From the NCBI GenBank assembly GCA_030295235.1, contig AP026134.1, forward strand, positions 992,001-1,056,000: 64,000 nucleotides of DNA, written 5' to 3'. How positions within the stretch are numbered: position 1 is the stretch's first letter; each line of letters starts with the position of its first letter. The notes under the pieces are model-generated. The model was given only the letters and a program-made list of their open reading frames with translations. It did no database searches and had not been told where the DNA came from. Position numbers and translations under genes: made by a program. Below are positions 45,401-58,709 of the stretch, in pieces. This stretch comes from Fistulifera solaris. Lineage: Eukaryota.

Positions 45401-48100
45401 CAAAGGTACCAAAGCTTGGCGAGGAGGAGGAAGAGGATATTGCGATTTGGACCAGGCAACGCTTCTTCAAATGATCGGACGGGCTGGACGCCCTGGATTT
45501 GATTCGTCCGGAACAGCCATCATTATGACTGATAATAGGTCTAAAGATAAATTTGAAAGGCTGGCTTCCCAAGGACTCGATCCTGCTGTCAGTAAGCTAT
45601 GCACGAAAATGGACGAAATAGTGAATGCAGAAGTATCGCAAAATGTGATTTCTGGCACGGAAAGCGCATTCAATTGGATCACGACAACTTTATTCTGTGC
45701 TCAATTGCTTCGTCAGCCAACGCTCTTTGGACAAGCAGATAACTCAGCTGAGAACAGCGACGAGTACTTGTGGAGAATTTGTATTGACTCTCTCCAACGT
45801 CTCGAAGCTATTGGTGCGTTATCCTCTGCAGGCGGAAAGCGAGTTTTGGCCCTGCCAGCAAGTCACGTCATGAGTCACAATCTTGTCGATTATCGAGCTA
45901 TGGAGCAATTTGTTGGTATGCCAAAGGACGCAAGCCAATGTGCCGTACTTCTATCGCTCTCACAGATAAAAGGTATGCATCGGCCTGTCAGAAGATCAGA
46001 GAAGAAAACACTTAAGCTAATGCACGGGCAATTGAAATATAAGCTGGAAGGACCACTTAGCAAGGTCACGATACAGCAGCCATTTGAGAAAGCTTTTGTT
46101 CTTCTCCAGGCCTCGATGATGAGACTCCCGATAGAAGATCACACCTTGCGGCAAGAAATGAATATGATTGTTGAATTTTCTTCTCGGATGTTGACTGCTC
46201 TTGAGGAATTCAGCGTTCGAAGTTCCCGAAACGGCATTGTTGCTCTCCAGAGTATTCGTTTGCGTAGAGCTTTGTCGACAAACGATTGGGTGCCTCATGA
46301 GGGAGTGTTACATCAGCTTGCTGGTGTCGATTCCGCCACGGCAATGAACTTAAAGATGGCGGGTATCTGCAGCTTTGACGACGTCTTGAAACACTCGAGT
46401 GAACAAATAGAAAAAGCCGCTGGTCGGGCATCTCATTTCGGAAACAGACTCAAGAATACTGTTCAGGAAGTGATGAGAGGCATGTTGACCATGAATGTTT
46501 ACTTCGAGGATAATATACCCGGCGCTGCGTTGAAAACAGCTGTATGTGTGATTGGTCGACTAGCGAAGACAACAAATCACGGCGAGGTGAAATCGTCATC
46601 AAAAGAACTATCTTACACACTCATAGCTTACTGCGACCGCTCTGGAAAATGCATTCTTTATCGACGCAACGTGTCCTCCCCGATGACTTGTCGAGCGAGG
46701 ACCTCAGTAGATTCTCAAAAGGTCATATTTCATCTCATAGCGCCAGCAGCAGGACTCGACGGTAAGTTTAGAAATCGCAACATTTATCGAAGACGGTAAC
46801 CTGATGCTTAAAATTTTTGCAAAGTGGTGAAGGAGCTTGACTCTTTTGACAGCAACGAAAACCAATACAGCAATGATAGTGCTGTTTTACAACGATGTTT
46901 CCAGAACAGAAAAACAACAAAACTCAATGCCCGTGATCCCAATACGCGTGATCCAGCTAGAGTATCGTCATACCGAGCTGAAGTCCATCGGCCGGTTAGC
47001 GAGAAATGTACACCCGGGCAGCAAATGTTGGCCTTCGTCACGCCAAGTCCAAAGCTCCTCACCGATACCACTACGAGTAAAATGGCCTTGAATCATAATG
47101 AAGGCATACAAGTAAAGCGGCCCGCACGACAGTTGGTCTCGGGCACGGTAGAAGCGAGTTCATTTTCACCATTCAATACACGCCAATCAAGCTCTGGCAA
47201 CAATTCCGTCCGGAACGAGCTTTCCGTAGTCCGCGATGGCTTGCATTCGGGGTACTGGGACAATAGCGCATCAAACGATGATAACTTCAATGATACTGCA
47301 GCCCCGAGAGACTACAGTGTTCGCCCCAGCACTAAAACTCTTGTTCTTCAGGAAAAGAAGAGAACCCCCAATCAAAACAGATTTCGAAATGCATGGAAAG
47401 AGAAAAGTTGCATCAACACAAAACACAACAGCGTGCGTTCGTGAGAAAGAAAGATAATCCATTCTCGGACTTCAAATGTGACCCTAATAACGCAGAGAAC
47501 GCACTCGACAGCTTATCGTCCGTCAAGCCTCCAGCAATCCATCAAGTAATGACAGCAGAAGGTTTCAACGCTCTAGAAAGTACCTACTTGGGAAACAGTT
47601 CTCCGTACCAGGGGTCACAGTTGACAATCAACAATAGACCAGGACTGGCTCACCCGAATTGCGCGAGAAGGGGGACGATTCTTCGAGATTTGCCAACAAA
47701 CGGACCTGAAATGAGACAAATAACTCTATTGGGGCCGAACACCAGAGATTCTACCACCTATCCGTCTGCTGCGATGAACGGTCAAATGGAGGCATACTCT
47801 AGACTAATTCAGCCGCAAGAGAATGCAAGCCAAATGGACCGCAGCTGGTATGAACACGTCGATGGACCTTTTCACTTCGGTGTTCACCCGGGCAATTTTT
47901 ACCCAGTACATGCCACTTACCCCCAAAGTCCAACAATGCTCCACGGTAATTACCGCACCTTTGAAGAGTATCTTGAAAATCCGACCGGTTTAGCCCAACA
48001 TTGGTCCGCGAAAAACAGCTACTCCGGGCCCCAAAAACCACCAACAGGAAGCTTTTTCAACAATTATGAGGCATTTCAATATAACCATGGCTGGGGGTGA
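42496..48100 (+). CDS. MER3: Meiotic crossover DEAH/Ski2-like helicase MER3/HFM1 with Sec63 domain; introns 44783-44842 and 46762-46824; frameshifts near 42880 and 47395
   Basis: FNQMQS, SAPTGAGKT, PSKALCDER, TTPEKWDSLTRRW, DEVH, AVSATLPN, YRPVPL, TSTLAMGVNLPAHLVIIKGT, QMIGRAGRPGFD. Single helicase cassette. Confidence 0.85.
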
Positions 48101-48196
48101 GCAAATAGTGACTTAGCAAATAAGTAGTAACTTCGTGTCGTGTATCCCTGAAGCTTTAAGTCATCCCGTAGGCACCATCGTCATCATCCCTGTGCT

Positions 48197-51100
48197 TCAC
48201 CGCCATACTTTTACTGTACAATCTCTTGAACAACTGATTAAGCTGCTTGCTTCTAAAATTTTGAGGTCTAGTACTGCATCGGCGTGATAATGTTCTGGCC
48301 TTTTTAGTCCTCGGAACAATTTACTAGGTATAGGGTTGATACCGTTTATACCCAGAGAGGATTGTCGACAAACCATGAGACGACGGTTGCCTTCGAAGTC
48401 GATTCGCTCGTATGAAGGTCGAACTTGAGCCGAAGACTGCCCACTTATCACTGAACATTTTGATGGTACACCAAAGTCCCAAAATCTGATGAATCCATCG
48501 CTTCCTCCTGTTAGAAGATAGCTTTGATCACCGGCCCCAATACTCCCCACCATACAATTGATAGCGCTTGAGCAAGGAAAGGTGTTCGGCCAACTAATCG
48601 ATTCTGATGAGCGAATTGTGAAAACCCCATTGCGCGACCTTAGTTTTATGCGCTGCAAAAATGGCGGCTCATCGAGATGGCTGTTGTGATCCTCCCCATC
48701 GTTCACAGAGATGACGCGGAAGCATCCTCTGCATTCATCATTGAGAACATCAAACATACCACATTCATTGGAACCGGCAGCTACAAAAACGAACGGGCGC
48801 GCTGAAATTGAGCCCTCAGATGAAAGACCCTGTTGCTGAGTGAGGATATAAGAGGTCGCAAGGCGGCTTATAGCACTTCCGTGGCTGTGGCGCCAGACCT
48901 TTACTGGTTGCTGATAGCGGATGTCCCATAGTGCCACAAAGCCTCTGCTGCTTCCTGATACCAGCCAGTTACGGTCGCTTCCGAGAGCCAGTGATGTCAA
49001 ATAACCAATTTCACCTCCATGATGCAGAGTGAACGGCTCCCTCGTATCTCGCAAATCCAAAGAATGTATAACCCCTTTTTGAGTTGCGTAAGTGACTAAT
49101 GAAGCCGATGCAGATGAAAAGTGGGAGACGCACATTACTTCGCCTTCCCGTTTGTCCACCTCTTTGATATTCGTAGCTCCGACAACTCGTGTATCCATCC
49201 GTTGGTCCTGCTGATACTTGTTCGGCTTCGATGCAGGAAGCATGTCAGCGCGCCATATGTGCAACGAGCCATCACTGGCTCCAGACACAACAGAATGGCT
49301 GCCCTCTAGCATGGCAATATCATTTATCCTAGCTGGATTCTTGTGGCCGGCGTAAATAGCGCAGCTCTCAAGAATACCTGGGGAATCCTCAATTTGTGCG
49401 GTTTCCCAAACCCGACACGTACCGTCGTGGCTAGCAGAAACAAAGAATGTCTGGTCAGCTGATACCGCCAACCGCACGACCGGAGCCTGATGACCAGTCA
49501 CCGTAGTGCTCGTAGCAAGCATTGCATTCATCTTTGGCTTCCAAAATTTCGATGCCCCAGGTTTCCCTAAAGTGCGTTGGCCAACATCGGCTACTCCGCC
49601 GAGCTTGGGTGGCAGCGGAGGTACCTGCATTGCCTTGAGCTTGGTTACAAGCAAACAGGTATCTAAGTTGTCCGGACTTAGGGCTACTTCCGCACCCCAG
49701 CAACCTCGAAATGCTGCTTCAACTATTTTCAATTCTTTCCCGTGTACGTTTGCAATGGTCACCATCTTTGCTTGTTCCTCTGTAGATGCGACGACTACGC
49801 GTTCGGATGTGCCATCCAAAGGACCCATGATCGATAGACCAAATACATCACCTAGCGATGATACCGATCGAATTGCTGAATCGGCTGAAACATTACACTG
49901 GTTTTCTGCAATTTGGTCACGCAAAGAGACATACCACTCTGGGACGATTCGCTGGTCACGGCCGTTTTGTTTTGGAAACATGACATTCTGAGCAAGTTTG
50001 ACCGAGCCCTCAATCCCCGAAGCAGATGGATTGTCGGACATGAAGCGATCTTGCAAATTGAACACAGTTGTGTGCTTCAGGAGCATTCGCATATATTCTT
50101 GGAGCTTCTCTTTCTGAGGGTCTTTCTTTTCTATCCCAGTAGTGGTAAAGTTAGTCTTTTTATTTTGCATGTTCATGTCTAGTTTGACACTATCTGACGA
50201 GATCCCCACTGACGTCCACGTCCCTGGAGTTTGTGAACCATCGCTCGATGTTTGCGTCTCTAAATTGAGTTCATTGACGAATGTCTCTCTAGACCAAGGG
50301 ATATCCAGACTTAATTCCATACCAGCGACCGTACATAGAGCCTGAGCCGACGGGGTAAAACGAAAAAATCGACCTAAGATCGGCATCACGAAGACAGCTG
50401 TATCAATTGGGCCAAGAATCTCGCACATGGCCGAAAACGCTTTTATCGCGTTTGAACGTATTTCTTGGGAGGGATGGAGAAGTAAAATACCATACTTATC
50501 CAACAAGCAAGGAAAACTGTTTTGTGCCTTGTCCTTGATGGAATTGACACCCAAAATAGTGCCGCGAGTAAGCAAGCCTGCCCTCACAAGGTCGCAGAGG
50601 CAACAGAGAGCAGAACATATAACTCTTTCTTCAGCATCAACTAAACCGATTTCAACACAGGGCAGAACAAACTCTTCCGTAGCAGCACATCCGATTACAC
50701 AACACACCGAAGGAAGATGGTCGAAAAGAGCTTGACGTAATTCCCAGTCCTTCTTTTCGTTTAAGAAAGCTAATATTTGAGGTAAGATGAAAGCTGTGAC
50801 TCCCTCCAATCCAAAAAGTCACACAAACGTCCCAGGTCATGCAATATTGCACGCTTCGATAGCGATGACTGACTTGACTGGTCCGTTGTTAGTTGCACAA
50901 CCCATCTGGATACCGTTTCTTGTAAGTGGGATAGATCAGTAGAATAAGAGTTGGATATTAGAGATTTCCCAACTGTTGTATCTGATGTCATCTCCGTTCC
51001 GTCCGCCTCGTTGATGACACTTCGTCGGGATGAAGTAGAAGGATCATCACATAGTAGCTTATGAACTTTATCGTCGAAAACGGCTTCTTGGTTTTGGAAA

Positions 51101-52973
51101 AGCCGTACGGAGTCTTCGGAAGATTTGGTACCACTGCTAACAGCTTCATAGAGCCGAACGGCATGACTAATGTCCAGAAAACGTTGGGCGGTCTCAGCAA
51201 GCCTAGCGATGCACTGTGCAAAGGATAATCTGGCAACAAGTGAAGGATCAGAGATGAGATGTGCAACTCTTTTGAAGATGTACTGCGGGAAAATTTGTGA
51301 ATCCGAAGGCGGAAACGACTTGATCATCGCCAAGGAAGAAGTTAGCACTTGAACCGACATAGCTCTCACTAAAGCATCTTGATCTTGTAGCAGAGAAATC
51401 GCGACGGGTATTATGCGCTGCAGTCGAGCCTCGTCCGACAAAAATTCCGCCAAACACTTCAGTATCTTTAAAGCCACTAATTTAGAAGCAGGGCGCTGGA
51501 CGTGCCTGACAGTAGCTGTAATAATTTGTAGGTAGATAAGAATGGAGTTCTTGCTGAGATCTGTTCTCTCCTCCGAAATAGTTATTTTGCTGGGCGAGAA
51601 ATTGTCGTCTGACGAGCATTCTATGAGAGAATCGTCGTTAACTTGTAACTTTTCAAGTTGCTCAAGCAAAGTAGACGAATCATCCCATACAAAATCATTT
51701 AACACAGGCTTTGTATGCGCATCTTGTTTTTGAGCATGACCACCGCTTTCACCCTGATCTTCTGATGCCGTCGTCAATCCCAACACCTTGTTGAGGTACA
51801 TATGAGTATGGCTGTCTCGCACACCGACCGCTTCCCAAATGATGTCTTCGTACATCTGGGCAGCAAGAGCTAGCCGAGCATCCGGCGTACTAGTTTTTGT
51901 GGTGATCTTCTCCACCAACGGATGAAGCAATTCAAACGCTTTGGGAAAAGGTTCCGATGCCGCAAGACGATCCAAGTAGGCCCCCGCTGACGAGAGCCTA
52001 TCATTCGGATTCAAAGCGAGCATGTGCTTACAAGCAGCGCGTATACCAGGACGTTCAACCTTATTGATTTTTTTGTTGTAAGATCAATGTCATGGATCCA
52101 TTGCTCCGGTATTCCATTAGATCCCCGAGAGTAAGACAGGACTCTCCATTCAAAAAAAATTTCTGTAAGCACACACCCCACGGAAAATATATCCATTTCC
52201 GGAATTAAAGAAAATCCTTTTGTATTCCGCTCTGCTATATCCTCGTTTCCGTCTTCAGTGGCAGGGGGTGTCGATTTGGAGCGGAAACGTTCGGGAGCTA
52301 GGTAACATCGGGTACCCCTTGTGTCATCTGTCGGTTGGAAATAGTAAACGAACTCGGACGGATCGTCGTCCGGAAGATTCGTCCAGCTTTTGTAGCTACC
52401 TATGTCGGTAAGCATCAGCCACCCCGTGGCGCTGAGAACGCAGTTCTCGGTGGTAATGCACCCATGCACCACTCCTGCATCATGTAAAGGCTGCAACGCC
52501 TGCAGTAATTGTTGCGCAATCCACAATTTCTCGACCGAGTGGAGCCATGGACGACATGTTAGACGATCGGATAGCGTAGTGTAAAAATGAGGGCGCAAAA
52601 GATAAACTGGAGTCCAAAATCCCCCCGTTCGACATGGCCTTGACGTTTCATGGTGTGACCAATATGCTAAAAAAGGCGCAATACACGACGATCCTTTTAA
52701 CGATTTCTGTATCCGCTGCAATTCTTCTCTCTGTTGGACTAAAATTTCATCGTTCTCTTTGTTGTTATTAAGAAGAACCCAGCACGTTTTCAAAACAGCC
52801 GTCGATTCCGTCTCGCGGTGCCGCAGACGAAAAGATTTCATTAATCGACCGGAGGTGGGATACAGCGCTTCCTCTATTCGATACTGCTTGAGTATCGAGT
52901 GGCTAGAAAATCGCTCGGAAATTGAGGGTAATTCATTCTCCGGCAAGGCGGTAGACGATTGTTGCGCTCCCAT
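48197..52973 (-). CDS. VPS15: Vps15/PIK3R4 (kinase-like, HEAT and WD40 domains); several frameshifts
   Basis: Myristoylation start MGAQQS, RPWLHSVEKLWIAQQLL, LPDDDPSEFVYYF, RCYLAPERF, DEARLQRIIP, LAFLNEKKDWELR and a C-terminal WD40 array. Confidence 0.92.
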
Positions 52974-53562
52974 ACTATATTATACAATCGAAAATCTTAA
53001 AGCAGAAGTAATTTCACTTAATTCGTCGCGTTCCTCACACGGAAGCTCTTCGGAACTCCGCTTTAAAAACTATTCTGTAGGTAACTCTAGAAGGGTAAGA
53101 AGAAGAAGTTGCGATAAGTACTCTGTTTGTAAGCTACCGGAACAAGAGGTATCTTTGCATCGTATCAATGAAGAAAGCCGCAAATCGATCGACTGCGAAA
53201 AGCGGAGCAAAACGAGGCGAAAGCAAGATTGGGCAAATGATCTCTCTAAATGTTAGAGTTAGAGTTAGAGTTGCGTGGGAAACCATAGGCAGTGACAGTG
53301 ACAGCGTGACAAAAGACGACGACTCCTCCTCCTCCTCCTCCTCCTCGAGACCGACCGGACTGACGGACGGACCCCCTCCTCGCTTCGTATGTGCGTTGTC
53401 CGTCGCTCGGTCACCTGACTTGACGGCTTTACCAGCCCAAGAAGAACCGCAACCGCTTTTCTTCATTTCTCCGGTACAAGTACATGTATTTTCCGAATGA
53501 AACGATGATGTGTGTGGCTTAACCCAATGAATAACGTGAACGGAACGATGCGCCATCCTGTA

Positions 53563-54669
53563 ATGAAGAAACTACTCACCTGGAGTCTCATGTGGCTTGC
53601 AATCTTGCAAGTGCAGGGCTTTGTACCGGGATACTCTCACAGCAAAGTAGCATCCACTGCTTTAAGGTATGGCCGTGAAGCGGAAGATATCTACGCCGCA
53701 ATTCACCGTAAAGAGTACGAAATGAAGAAAGTCAATGCACAACACACATCCACGACAGATCCTGTTCGAATGGCCATGTCGTATGCACAAGAGACTGCTT
53801 CACCGATGCGTCTCGCGAGGGCGCTTCGGAGAGTTCACGAGGATGTCGACGAAAACGAATCACCCGGATTAGCAGGTATGAGACGAGCTTCTTTTATTGT
53901 TGATATCAAACGAAAATCTCTTTCTCGGCCTGGGGAAGTCTTTTGTAATTTCGATGACGCGGGAATGGTCGCTGAAGCGATGGTACGGCTGGGAGCGGAC
54001 GCAGTGATTGTCAACACGGACTTTGCAGCGTACGGTGGTGACATAACAGAACTCAAATCGGCTGTCAAAGCCGTCCGGAAAGTGTCTAAAACAGCGGCTG
54101 TCATTATGAAAGATATTGTTGTGGATGAAATTCAGCTGGGTATGGCCAAAGAAGCCGGTGCCGACGGAATCATTTTACAATCATGTGTGCTGGGTCCCGC
54201 TTTGGATTCATTTCTGGATTTAGCTACGTTTATGGGGTTAGAAACTATCGTAGAGTGTCATACACGAGCGGAAGTGGAGCGAGCGTTAGAAGTCAACGTG
54301 GCGCCGACGATTTTGATCAACAATCATGATCGCCTCACCGGCGAATACTATCCAGATCAAGCGATTCAACTCGCTGGCCTTTTTCCTGGATCAGGAGGAC
54401 CTATCATTACGCTCTGCGGCGGAGGCATCGAGACTATAGATGACATGAAGCGACACTTGGTTGCTGGTTTTGACGGCGTAGTAATTGGCAAAGCTGTGAT
54501 GGGATCACCTTTGGCCCCCGAGTTCATTCGCGCAGTTCGAGATCGCACATTGCTGCCTGCGGAAATTGCACACTGGGTTAAAGACGCAGAATTCGACTTG
54601 GAAGGAAACCTTATGCCCGGTCCAAAATCAAACATCCCGTCTCCCGACGATCCCAGCGCCTACCAGTGA
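53563..54669 (+). CDS. Plastid-targeted indole-3-glycerol phosphate synthase-like TIM barrel (divergent)
   Basis: Signal peptide with VQG-FVP cleavage. IVDIKRKS, GADAVIVNTD..YGG, VIMKDIVVDEIQL..AK.AGAD, IVECH, INN, VIGKAVM. Confidence 0.8.
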   Translation: MKKLLTWSLMWLAILQVQGFVPGYSHSKVASTALRYGREAEDIYAAIHRKEYEMKKVNAQHTSTTDPVRMAMSYAQETASPMRLARALRRVHEDVDENESPGLAGMRRASFIVDIKRKSLSRPGEVFCNFDDAGMVAEAMVRLGADAVIVNTDFAAYGGDITELKSAVKAVRKVSKTAAVIMKDIVVDEIQLGMAKEAGADGIILQSCVLGPALDSFLDLATFMGLETIVECHTRAEVERALEVNVAPTILINNHDRLTGEYYPDQAIQLAGLFPGSGGPIITLCGGGIETIDDMKRHLVAGFDGVVIGKAVMGSPLAPEFIRAVRDRTLLPAEIAHWVKDAEFDLEGNLMPGPKSNIPSPDDPSAYQ

Positions 54670-55507
54670 TTTGACTTTGTCATTGACGAATACAGTCGGA
54701 TCAACTTTTCCTGTTTAAGGAGATCATTGGCGGACTTCCGAATCGACAGTTTCAGCTCTCTATTTCATGTTCTTATTTGTTAATTTAGACTCGTTTCTAG
54801 TAGACCTATACTTTCAAGTCAAATTTTCATCACCTTGGGCAGCTAGCTAGCATAAACACGGAAACCCTAGAGAGTATAGTTTACCTTGCCACTTATCATT
54901 CTCATCACTCGACAATCCCCCGTCCTATTTGGGCAGCAAGTTCTGGAAGGACAGGAGGTCGTCGTCGTCGTCGTCGTCGTGTCCCTCTTCCAGTTTTGAA
55001 CTTTTGGGTTTGAACCGGCGAAGACCAGGCCACACCCTTTAAGAAAGCTTCAGCACTCCAATGCGAACCGCGGACTAAAATGTTACACTTTGAATAATAC
55101 AAAGGGAGAACCGTTATGGTTTTCTTATTTACAATTCACTAAATAATTCGATATAAATATTTTAGTGAAGCGGAGTAACTCCCGCTTCGTTTTTCAGTTG
55201 CGTGTTGGTGTTGCGTGTTTTTTAGCTTGCATCTCTGCTCTGTGAGCTACACCTCGTCGGTCTTTTTTCTTTCTCTTGTTTGAGGCAATTGAAACGTTGT
55301 CATTAAATAGATGAAGACTGGCGTATAGCCAGCAACATCAGGAGAGTTTGTTACAGCAACGCAAAGCACGCGCTACATAGTCGCTTTCTCTAGAGGTTGT
55401 AAGCTGTTTCGCCACTTTCACAAGTAATCGCACAACAAACGTTACAGTCCTTGCTAACCGAGCGATAACACGATAGACTTGCTACGTACCTGTGACAGCG
55501 TTATTCG

Positions 55508-58499
55508 ATGCCGAACCACAAGCAAATACGGCGGAGGGCTGTTCATGTTTATCGCCAAGAGGCTCGTAAACAGCGGCGTCACTGCGGTGATGGTCAACAA
55601 GAATCTGCGCTCAACTCAACAACAACTCCTTCGTTGTCTGTCAACCTCGATACAAAACCAAGTGAGTCTCTTTCTCGTATTGCAGATCAAGAGCACGAGA
55701 AGACTGCTGGAATCAAAAAAAGCCCACCGGCGGCGAGAGATGTCCCCGGAGAAAAGATCAAAAACAAACGCTAACAATGCTCGAGGATCAAGTCCGACGG
55801 AGACAAAGGAATCTAGTTATGACAATCCTGGTCGGTCTCTACAGGGAAAGCATAATGTTGGTTCTCATGCTTTAATGCTTGGAATCCCATCGGATGCAGC
55901 CACGCGTGAAACAACAACCTACGAATCTTTCGGACAAGAGAAAGCAGTGGACACTGGCGCTGTTAGTTTTGACTCGAGTGCTGATGATCATCATCACAAA
56001 GGTGTACGAAAGCAAGTTGACACCCTCGTCCCGAAAACTGTTACTATAGAGAAAGAATCGGAAATGAAACTCGTTTCATCATCAAACGTTGCTGATGACG
56101 CAGCTGAGTTGGCATTCGTGTCAGGAGAACCATCTGAATCTGAGCGCAGTGAATCTGAATTCCATAGTATATCCGCGGGACATGACGCCGAAACAAACCG
56201 CGACTTAAACTTCTTAGCTACAACGGCATTAAAGGCGACTTTCCGTTCGGAGAATTCGTCGTCTACGTCAGTTACAATTGAGGAAGACGTGGACGAAAAG
56301 GCAAACGCCGTTCTTGAGAAACGGCACTTTCGACAATCAGACGATAACTCAATCGCAGAATCGATACCCTGTCGCACATACAATCGGTCTAGTTTCGCTA
56401 CTGGGACAGCCGTAAAGAAGGTAAGTCGTGACTCGTGGTGCAATGTCCTCGTCGCAACTTCACCAGATTCTCTTACAATTTTGTCATAGCTTTGCGAGAA
56501 GCGTGGCTGCTGGATCACTGGCGAAGTAGCTGATTGTGAGGTATCAATGAATGCGATTTGCAGGGTTCAATTCAACGTAGAAGGATCGATAGGAGAGAGC
56601 TTTCGCATCCGATCTACACCAAAAGATTTAGATTTGCTGGAAAAGATGGTGAAATTAGGCCGCGTTCGTTCTGGTGCACGAGTTAATATTTTCCGCTCGG
56701 AAGAGAATGTTTATTGTCCAGCATCAGTGTTACAGGAGCGTCCACAACATATGAAAGCTTTTTTCGTCCAATACGAAGATGGAGAAAGTGAATGGATAAA
56801 TCTTTGGTTTCACAAATTCGAAGTATTGGCTGACGCCCCTATCAGAAAGAAAATCAAATCTTCTTCAGGTCACGCTAAGTGTATTAGGATAAAAGAAGAA
56901 CGTGAGCAGGTTTCGAAGGAGTCACAAAGAGCACATAACGGAATCGACATGGGAGAGCCGAAAGGTTTATTAGCTGTGCCATTAGAAGAAATGCACAGAT
57001 CCTTAAGTTCAAAAGGGATCGAGAAGGTCGTTGAGGATGAAGGGACCGCCACCTGCTTAGAAAATACGCATGGCACAGACGAAGTAGTTGATTCAGAAAA
57101 GGACGAAGGCACGTGTCTTTATGTTGAGCGCAAACATTTGAAAAGAAAGAGAAATATTGATGACGCTTCCCATACTGATGACAAGGAAGTGGTTGAGAGA
57201 AAAAAGTCGTTCCAGGGAGGCAAAGGCAGCGTCGAGAACAACTTGGTCCGAAAAGTGTGTCATGGAAAGACGAAGACTTCCAGGGTGCGAAGTAAAGCTG
57301 CAGTAGAAGCAAGTAAAGCAGTCGACGACGGCGAAGAATCGACAGTAGACGAGGATGACAGTTCTGAGGAATTGGTGGCCGTTATTCGCGGATCTTTGAT
57401 TTCTGTCAACATGGAAAAGACATCGGGGAACCAGGTCGATTCAGTGTCGGACGTAGTTGATTCCAATTTCCCAGAAAAATCTGGCACAAGGTTCAGAGCG
57501 GAAGTAGAGCCATCTGCCTCACGTCTTTGTGGTAAAGACGTTTCAGAAGATGTTGGTTTGAACGTCGACTTTAAAAAGTCTCAAAACCACCAAGAAGCTG
57601 ACAGAGAAGTTGCTGTTGGAGATCGAGTTGGTATTTACTGGGAAGGCGACAAAAGGTACTACTACGGAAAAGTAACAAGACACGAGAAGGGCAAGAAAAA
57701 ACCTTTCTTCTTGGAATATGATGACGGCGAAAGCGAGTGGGTGGATTTCTCTAAAAGCAAATATCGTTTCGAAAAGAAAAAAGTATCCGACAGGGCAAAA
57801 GTTGCTGACGAGTCGTCGTCCTTTTTCAAATCCACGGACCAAGCATTGCTATCCAAAATCGACGCCTCTCTGCCCCAGCCATCAGCCCGAACGACACGCA
57901 GGTCTTTGAATACCACTGAGGTAGATGTGGACACAAGGATAAGACCGGCTCTTGTTAGTGATGGCGCACCAACAACCAGAAAGAAACGTAAGGTGACCAA
58001 AGACAACGATTCTGATCTTCGAAACTGTGAGTTGGCCGAGATCAAAGTGGGCATAAGGGTTGCGGTGTGGTGGCCGGATGACCGTAGATATTACGAAGGT
58101 GTGGTTTCGAAGAAGCAACCAGAAGCAAGTTGGAGACCATTCTATCTTGAATACGACGATGGAGAAGCGGAATGGATTGATTTTCGACAGCATAAATTCA
58201 AAATTCTTCGAGTTGACGACGAGGAGAAAACCGCAGGCCCTTCTACAGGCAAGGCCGCCGATCCATGCTCGGATCCGTCAAAGGTTTGGATAGGAACACG
58301 TCTGTCAGTTTGGTGGCCTCAGGAAGAAGAATACTTTGATTGCACCGTCACGCGTTACCGTGATCACAAAAGACCGTTTTATCTGGAATATGAGGACGGA
58401 GATCGGGAATGGATTGACCTTACTGAACATAAATTCTTCATCATTGAAAGTGAAACATCAAGGCAACGTCGAAAAGGCAAACAAGGTCGTTTTCGTTGA
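55508..58499 (+). CDS. Multi-Tudor/Agenet-like domain protein; probable frameshift near 55765; intron 56421-56489
   Basis: Four repeats of VG.RV.vyW..D..YY.G.V........F.LEYDDGE.EW.D. The GT-AG intron joins 55479-56420 in frame to 56490-58499. The start is uncertain. Confidence 0.75.
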
Positions 58500-58709
58500 A
58501 TATGGATGGATGGCTTGTCGAAGTACATTGGCATGGAGCTTAAGCAGAACGGTGATTATTCAGCATGCTTGGATAATGTCGTCGCGCCTTTCCGTGAATG
58601 GCTAATCAGCTTCCAGAATCATTTTCAGACTAATCAATGCTGAAAGTAACATTATTAAGCGTACGTTTTATTTGTATATGGACCTTGGATTGTACTTGCT
58701 TCCAAATTA

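Noticed and set aside
2213..48100. Functional clustering (CENP-E/CENP-L/MER3, or Ufd1/PUB-UBX)
   Set aside because: The genes are many kb apart and interleaved with unrelated genes, which is expected by chance in a compact genome.
53325..54980. (CTC)n and (GTC)n microsatellites, plus (CAA)n at about 25639 and (GCGTCAT)3 at about 26013
   Set aside because: These are short simple repeats with no further structure. The ORFs crossing them (for example 53134-53556) are artefacts.
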